Source of the DNA: Ruminococcus sp.
Lineage (GTDB): Bacteria > Bacillota > Clostridia > Oscillospirales > Ruminococcaceae
Assembly: GCA_021203985.1 (NCBI GenBank)
Contig: JAJQAB010000093.1
Location: 1-56,789, forward strand
Direction of reading: 5' to 3'
DNA length: 56,789 bases
Below are positions 51,837 to 56,789 of the stretch, piece after piece (within the stretch, counting starts at the first letter, position 1; the number at the start of each line of letters is the position of its first letter). The notes below the pieces were generated by a model that was not told the DNA's origin, ran no database searches, and saw only the letters and a list, made by a program, of their open reading frames with translations. Both the position numbers and the translations under genes were made by a program.

Positions 51837-54209
51837 TTATTCGGTGTACGGAATCTGATTGATCAGCTGCACCTGGAAGCGGAGCAAAACAAGTGCGTCA
51901 TTACCGTCAACCGATCCATTCGCGTCACAATCCGCATTGAAAACGGCAGTTCCTTCCAAATCAACCAGACCGGTGGTGGCTTTCTCCAAGAGAATCACGT
52001 CAGACATGTTGATCGAACCGTCCATGTTTACATCGCCGTAACACGTATTACCATTCGCCTGCGTTGTCGTGTCGGTCGATGCAGTCGTCTCTGTTGTGGT
52101 TTCCGTTGTCGTCTCGGTTGCTGTCGCTGTCGCTGTGGTTTCTGTTTCAGCAGCCGCCGTCACGGTATAATCCACAACAGAAACATCCGATGCAAGCAGC
52201 ATGTAGAATTCGAGTTCCAATGAAGTGACATCCTCCTGCGCCACATAGGTCAGCGTGTACGCATCGTCCATCGTCAAAACAACAGGCGTACTGCTGCCAT
52301 TAATATAGGCATTTACCGAAGAAGATACGCTGGAGGACGCGACAGATACATCCACATCCAACTGTACAGTCAGCGTGTCACCCGCTTCCATGCTGATCGG
52401 ATCGAGCGCGATTCGCTTTACCCAACTGCCATCCTCTGTATGCAGCGTTGTCACTTCGGAGGTAGTAAACGCTTCCTGTGTTGTGGTTTCTTCTGCTGTT
52501 GTAATTTCCGTGAGCGCCGTTGTCTCAGTCGTTGTTTCTGTGGTTTCTTCCGTTTCGGTCAGCGTTGTCGTTGTTGTCGTTGTCGTTGCATCCAGACCGT
52601 CTACAATTGCATAAAACGCTGCCTTCGCCGTATAGTCCTCGTTGAACAGCAACGGATAGCGCGATGCACGCCAGCTCTTATCATCGGTTGTTCCCCAGAA
52701 CACCACCGCAGAGATACTGTCTGCATATTCTACGCAAGCATCTAAGATATCGCTGTAAAGGCTTGCCTGTGCTTCAAATCCTGCCTCTGAGGTGTCCGAA
52801 GTTGTGATATCCAATTCGGTAATTTGAATGTCCAGTCCGGTCGATGCAAATTTCGCCAGTGCCTGTTTATAGGCTGAAGCAGTCGGGAAGCTGACATCCA
52901 AGTGTGACTGCATGCCAATTCCATCGATCAGACCCTTTTCCTTCAAGTCCATCGCCAACTCATAGATTGCATCGGTCTTTCCTGAGATATACTCATTGTA
53001 ATCGTTGTAGTACAGCTTGCAGCCTTCGGGCGCATACTTTCTCGCATATTCAAATGCCGGTTCGATAAACGAATTATCCCCGAACACCTGAACCCAGCCG
53101 GAATTCTCGCTGCCACTGTCGCCCTGCACGCCGCCATTCCGGCAGCTGCCGTCATTCAAGAAGCATTCGTTGACAACGTCCCACGCGTAGAAATCCACGG
53201 TCGGATATTCTGTTGTCACGGCTTCAAAAACATTCTTGATATAATTTTCCATTCGCTGCAGCATCACTTCTTCTGTGACCCAGTCGCCGTTCTCGTCATA
53301 ATTTTCCCGGAAGAACCAGTCAGGCGTTTGGCTGTGCCAGATCAGCACGTGACCGCGCACAGAAATGTTGTTGTCGCGACAGAAATTCAGAATCGTTCGC
53401 GCACTGGAAATATCCACCTGCGGATTGGTGTCATCCCCCGCGGCTGCCATTTCCAGGCACGCTTCTTCATCCAGAATCGCATCGGGTTTCAGCTCGTTCC
53501 CGAGCGTTATACTGTTAAAGTGCTTGAGAATCAAATTTTTCGTTGACTGTGGCGCAAGTTCATCTGTCGTCACTGCGGTACCAATTTTAAAATAGGATGC
53601 ATACGCGTCCTTCAGAGAAACAATGTCCTCTTCGATTTCATAGACCGGCGCAGTGGCAATTTCAAAATCATCGATGCAGAATGATACACCTGTATCAGAG
53701 CATTCGACATAAACCGACACGCCGCCGTATTCCGTCATGGCGAACTTCACATCTTCGAAAACCACCCAGTCGCCTTGGCTGACCTGCGAATCGAGGTTCG
53801 TATAGTGCGCCGTGCCGCTGTCGTCATTGTACTGCATACTCAGCGTCACCGTTGCATACCACGGCGTCTTGATCGCAAGGCTGACCGTATACTGCTCGCC
53901 CGGCGTGCAGAGGTCGTCCAGTGAGAACGATGGGCCATGCCATGATTTCGATCTGCCGGTGACCGACATATAAGACATGCCGCTATAAGCATCATCACCA
54001 GTCGCCACCGTGATCGTTGTTCCATCCGTTTCATCGCCACGTTTGGTAAATCCCGAAACATCACCGCTTTCAAAATCGTTGAAGTAAACCGTGGTGATCG
54101 TGGTGTCCTCTGCGCTTGCAGTCACAAGCCTTGCCGCAGGATACGACCCGATCAGCAGTGCGGTGCTCGAAAGGATCGCCATAATTTTTCTTCTAAGTTT
54201 TGGTTTCAT
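51837..54209 (-). CDS. cellulosomal xylanase: signal peptide-CBM22-like-GH10-linker-unknown module-linker-dockerin
   Basis: DFE, R..SWHGP; NELKPD, RGHVLIWHSQ, WDVVNE, YYNDYN, GIGMQSH, ITELD; dockerin GDVNMDG/ADCDANG. Confidence 0.92.
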   Translation of the reverse strand: MKPKLRRKIMAILSSTALLIGSYPAARLVTASAEDTTITTVYFNDFESGDVSGFTKRGDETDGTTITVATGDDAYSGMSYMSVTGRSKSWHGPSFSLDDLCTPGEQYTVSLAIKTPWYATVTLSMQYNDDSGTAHYTNLDSQVSQGDWVVFEDVKFAMTEYGGVSVYVECSDTGVSFCIDDFEIATAPVYEIEEDIVSLKDAYASYFKIGTAVTTDELAPQSTKNLILKHFNSITLGNELKPDAILDEEACLEMAAAGDDTNPQVDISSARTILNFCRDNNISVRGHVLIWHSQTPDWFFRENYDENGDWVTEEVMLQRMENYIKNVFEAVTTEYPTVDFYAWDVVNECFLNDGSCRNGGVQGDSGSENSGWVQVFGDNSFIEPAFEYARKYAPEGCKLYYNDYNEYISGKTDAIYELAMDLKEKGLIDGIGMQSHLDVSFPTASAYKQALAKFASTGLDIQITELDITTSDTSEAGFEAQASLYSDILDACVEYADSISAVVFWGTTDDKSWRASRYPLLFNEDYTAKAAFYAIVDGLDATTTTTTTTLTETEETTETTTETTALTEITTAEETTTQEAFTTSEVTTLHTEDGSWVKRIALDPISMEAGDTLTVQLDVDVSVASSSVSSSVNAYINGSSTPVVLTMDDAYTLTYVAQEDVTSLELEFYMLLASDVSVVDYTVTAAAETETTATATATETTTETTTETTASTDTTTQANGNTCYGDVNMDGSINMSDVILLEKATTGLVDLEGTAVFNADCDANGSVDGNDALVLLRFQVQLINQIPYTE

Positions 54210-54385
54210 GTAGAAATTCCTCCTTCACATGATGTCGAAAATCCCATGGTGTATGTGATCTCCTAGCACACGTTCGACATTGTACCTATATATTTTACTA
54301 CATTTTAGAGATAATGTCAACCAATTACACAAAAAAATTGCAGTATCTCAAAAAAATACTACAATCCATTTCTCTATGCAAATAT

Positions 54386-55566
54386 TCAAACGCCAAATGC
54401 AGCTGCGCGGAGACGGCGCGCAATATCGCTGTTGCTGCAATCGCACACTTGAATCAAGTAAACCAGAACCGTTTCGTCCTCGGGCGACACGCAAAAATAC
54501 GGACCATTCCAGCCGTCCCAGCCGAATTCCTCTGCCGGTGCGTTTGTCATACAGCGCTGCGGATTTTCCAGCACGCGCAGCAGATTTCCGTAGGAATAAC
54601 CGGCGAGCTGCGGCCAGTCGATCCCTTGCTTTTGCGCAGCGTTTAACTGCGGCGTTGTCAAATAGCGCCAGGTGTTCTCGCTGATCAGACGCGTACCGCT
54701 GGCGGCATGCAGTCCCTTTCCGGCAAGCATGTTCGCAAACTGCACATAATCATGCAGCGTGGAAATCAGTCCCGCGCTGCCGGAGAAAAATGCCGGTCTT
54801 TTTCGATAATCAGTCATTCCTAAGTGCGGATCTGGTTCTACGCGCAAACCGCCGACCGCTTTGTCCCAAATATAAAGCTGCGCCAGGCGATTGCGTCTTT
54901 CTTCCGGCACATAGAAATCCGTATTCTGCATCCCCCAGCGGTTCAAAGATATACTCCAGATACAGCGCATCGAGCGGCTTTCCCGATGCCACTTCCAGCA
55001 CCGCACCCAGCACATCCGCAGACGTCCCGTAAAACCACGTCTCCCACGGCTGGAACATCAGCGGCACATAGCTGCCGATGTGTGCGGCAAATTCCTGCGT
55101 ATCAACTGGATAATCCGTAGCCAAACGAGAATTTATTTCATCAAAAAAGCTGCCCATGCATCGCTGCGATGCACATTGACAATCCGGATAAGAAAGTCCA
55201 GAAGTCATATTCAAAAGATCCTGAATAAAAATATCGCGCTTCGCCGGCACAAGTGTTCCGTTTTGATCGACCTGTTTCTCTCGGAACGAGGGAATATAGT
55301 ACCACACCGGATCGCGCAGTTCCAGCGCACCCTGTTCCCAGAGCATCATTGTCACCACAGCCGTGATCGGCTTTGTCATCGAAAAGATCCGGAAGAGCGC
55401 ATCCTCTCGCATCGGCAGATTTTTTTCGATCCGCCAGACCATAAGCGCCCTGCACAATCGTCTCCTGATGGCGGCATATACTCACGCACGCTCCATGTAT
55501 CTTCTTTTCCGCAATCCCCAGCGCAACGATTTCTTCCACGTGCGATGCACAATTGATCGATTTCAT
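54386..55566 (-). pseudogene. beta-lactamase-family serine hydrolase/esterase with two frameshifts
   Basis: FRIFSMTKP (SxxK), LLNMTSGL, W.YG, IFEPLG, GWDGW.G; shifts near 55420 and 54930. Confidence 0.85.
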
Positions 55567-55949
55567 CGGTGATCCACCATTTCCGCAGGATTCCCTGCGC
55601 CATGCAAAGACCGTCCGACAGCTCTGCACATACATAAAAAAGTTTAGCACATCGGCATACAGAAGAAAAGGGCAAGGCGTGTACGAATCGTGAAGTTTTG
55701 GTCAATTTGAGTTTGGAGTAGGCGTTTCGTGTCATTTTCTTGAAGTTGACCACAGCTATATTTCACACTGCCCATGTAATAATACACGCGATCACGTCGC
55801 GAAAATCGACCGCTTACACATGCCAGAAAAGCATCGAGCATCCATCCTTTCATCGAGTATTTCTTGACTGTATAAGTTGAAAAGTTCATAAAAATATGGT
55901 ATAATAAATTTTAACGTGAATGTTTCTATATAAAAAATTCTGTAGCCGC

Positions 55950-56294
55950 ACCGTAAGGAGAAAAATGGAGAAAAGAACATCCCTACATTCAGCCCTGCGG
56001 AGTTTGATCTTCGAAATCGCGGGATTGGATTCTGTGATTCGTGCGACTTGCCAGGCGGAAGTAGTTCATGAAATCATCATAATTGTGAGCTTTATACCCG
56101 TTGTTTTTTCTCTATGGGTCGGCGCTCTGCCAGTTTTTATCATTACATCTTTCGGCGCAGCTGTATGCGATCTTGTGTTTGTTGTCTTGCAGCGATACAA
56201 TCGACCAAGATTGATACGGCTTCGCGAAGCAAAAAATAAAATTGGCGAATCGCAATCAAGAAACGCGAAGGCTGGTTTGTCAAAAAAGCTTTGA
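55950..56294 (+). pseudogene. CrtO-like acyltransferase C-terminal fragment
   Basis: TCQAE.VH and QRYNRPRL; upstream KW....PTF.P..FD lies in a shifted frame; N-terminus missing. Confidence 0.6.
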
Positions 56295-56376
56295 CACGTC
56301 AAATAGATCGTGAAATAGAGATTTCACAATATATAAAATTTATGAAGTGATAAAAAAATAAAGATGTTGAAAAAAT

Positions 56377-56664
56377 ATGAAGAAATATAAATTGCTGGGT
56401 GCGGATGGAAATGAATATCTTTCTGAAATTCCAGGAGAACTTGGTGGAAATGGAAAGCTAAAGATTTATGGCAGATTGGATTGCCCGTCTGCGCTGTCCA
56501 CGATTAAAAGATTTCCAGGTAGCTATGAAAAATCCCGTATGTTCTTTGCAGACGAGAAAACTGCTCTTGCGGCAGGATATCGCCCATGTGGGAATTGTCT
56601 CCGAAAGAAATATAAAGAGTATATGGAAAATTCACAGAAATATCGAGAAAAATTCGGATTGTAA
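56377..56664 (+). CDS. Ada-type metal-binding domain protein
   Basis: KIYGRLDCPS...FF.DE..A..AGYRPC..C. Confidence 0.8.
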   Translation: MKKYKLLGADGNEYLSEIPGELGGNGKLKIYGRLDCPSALSTIKRFPGSYEKSRMFFADEKTALAAGYRPCGNCLRKKYKEYMENSQKYREKFGL

Positions 56665-56736
56665 ATATTACGAATGCGATACATTTTGCATGAAAAAAGC
56701 CGTATTCCACCCCATAAAAAGGTCCCCCAACCGCAA

Positions 56737-56789
56737 TGAACCGCTCCCCAAAAGTTAGACAATGTGGTATAATATAAATATACCCAAAA
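56737..56789 (+). mobile_element. IS3-family terminal inverted repeat, second copy in the opposite orientation
   Basis: TGAACCGCTCCCCAAAAGTTAGACAATGTGGTATAAT. Confidence 0.8.

Noticed and set aside
402-56294. All lesions being long-read sequencing error
   Set aside because: Homopolymer indels fit this, but nonsense and missense substitutions and a deletion fusion cluster in the same operons while the longest genes are clean. It cannot be fully excluded without reads.

Overview
A 56.8-kb chromosomal segment, most likely from a cellulosome-type Ruminococcus-like (Oscillospiraceae) bacterium; this is inferred from four dockerin genes, a cohesin-like gene and gene-family content. Both ends carry the same IS3-family terminus in inverted orientation. 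The dominant signal is selective gene decay: about 23 of about 52 protein loci have premature stops, frameshifts or deletions. Broken loci include fucose catabolism, a glucose-type PTS, iorA plus an acyl-CoA ligase, a fatty-acid-amide NRPS-like cluster, VTC/DUF4956, agrB, two BspA-dockerin proteins, ThiF and a serine hydrolase. Long genes for ClpB, a GH26 mannanase, a GH10 xylanase, citrate synthase, CobW and cell-wall peptidases are intact. Top leads: (1) an intact lipoprotein whose cohesin halves are in swapped order (circular permutation); (2) a recurring 5'-UTR hairpin just before the RBS of three unrelated genes; (3) an unannotated 50-aa orphan AgrD peptide with LytTR-like boxes; (4) an in-frame condensation/adenylation deletion chimera; (5) a DUF2712-type secreted-peptide/ABC locus beside tRNA-Pro; (6) an amber (TAG) excess among premature stops. 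All family calls come from motif recognition by eye; no searches were run.
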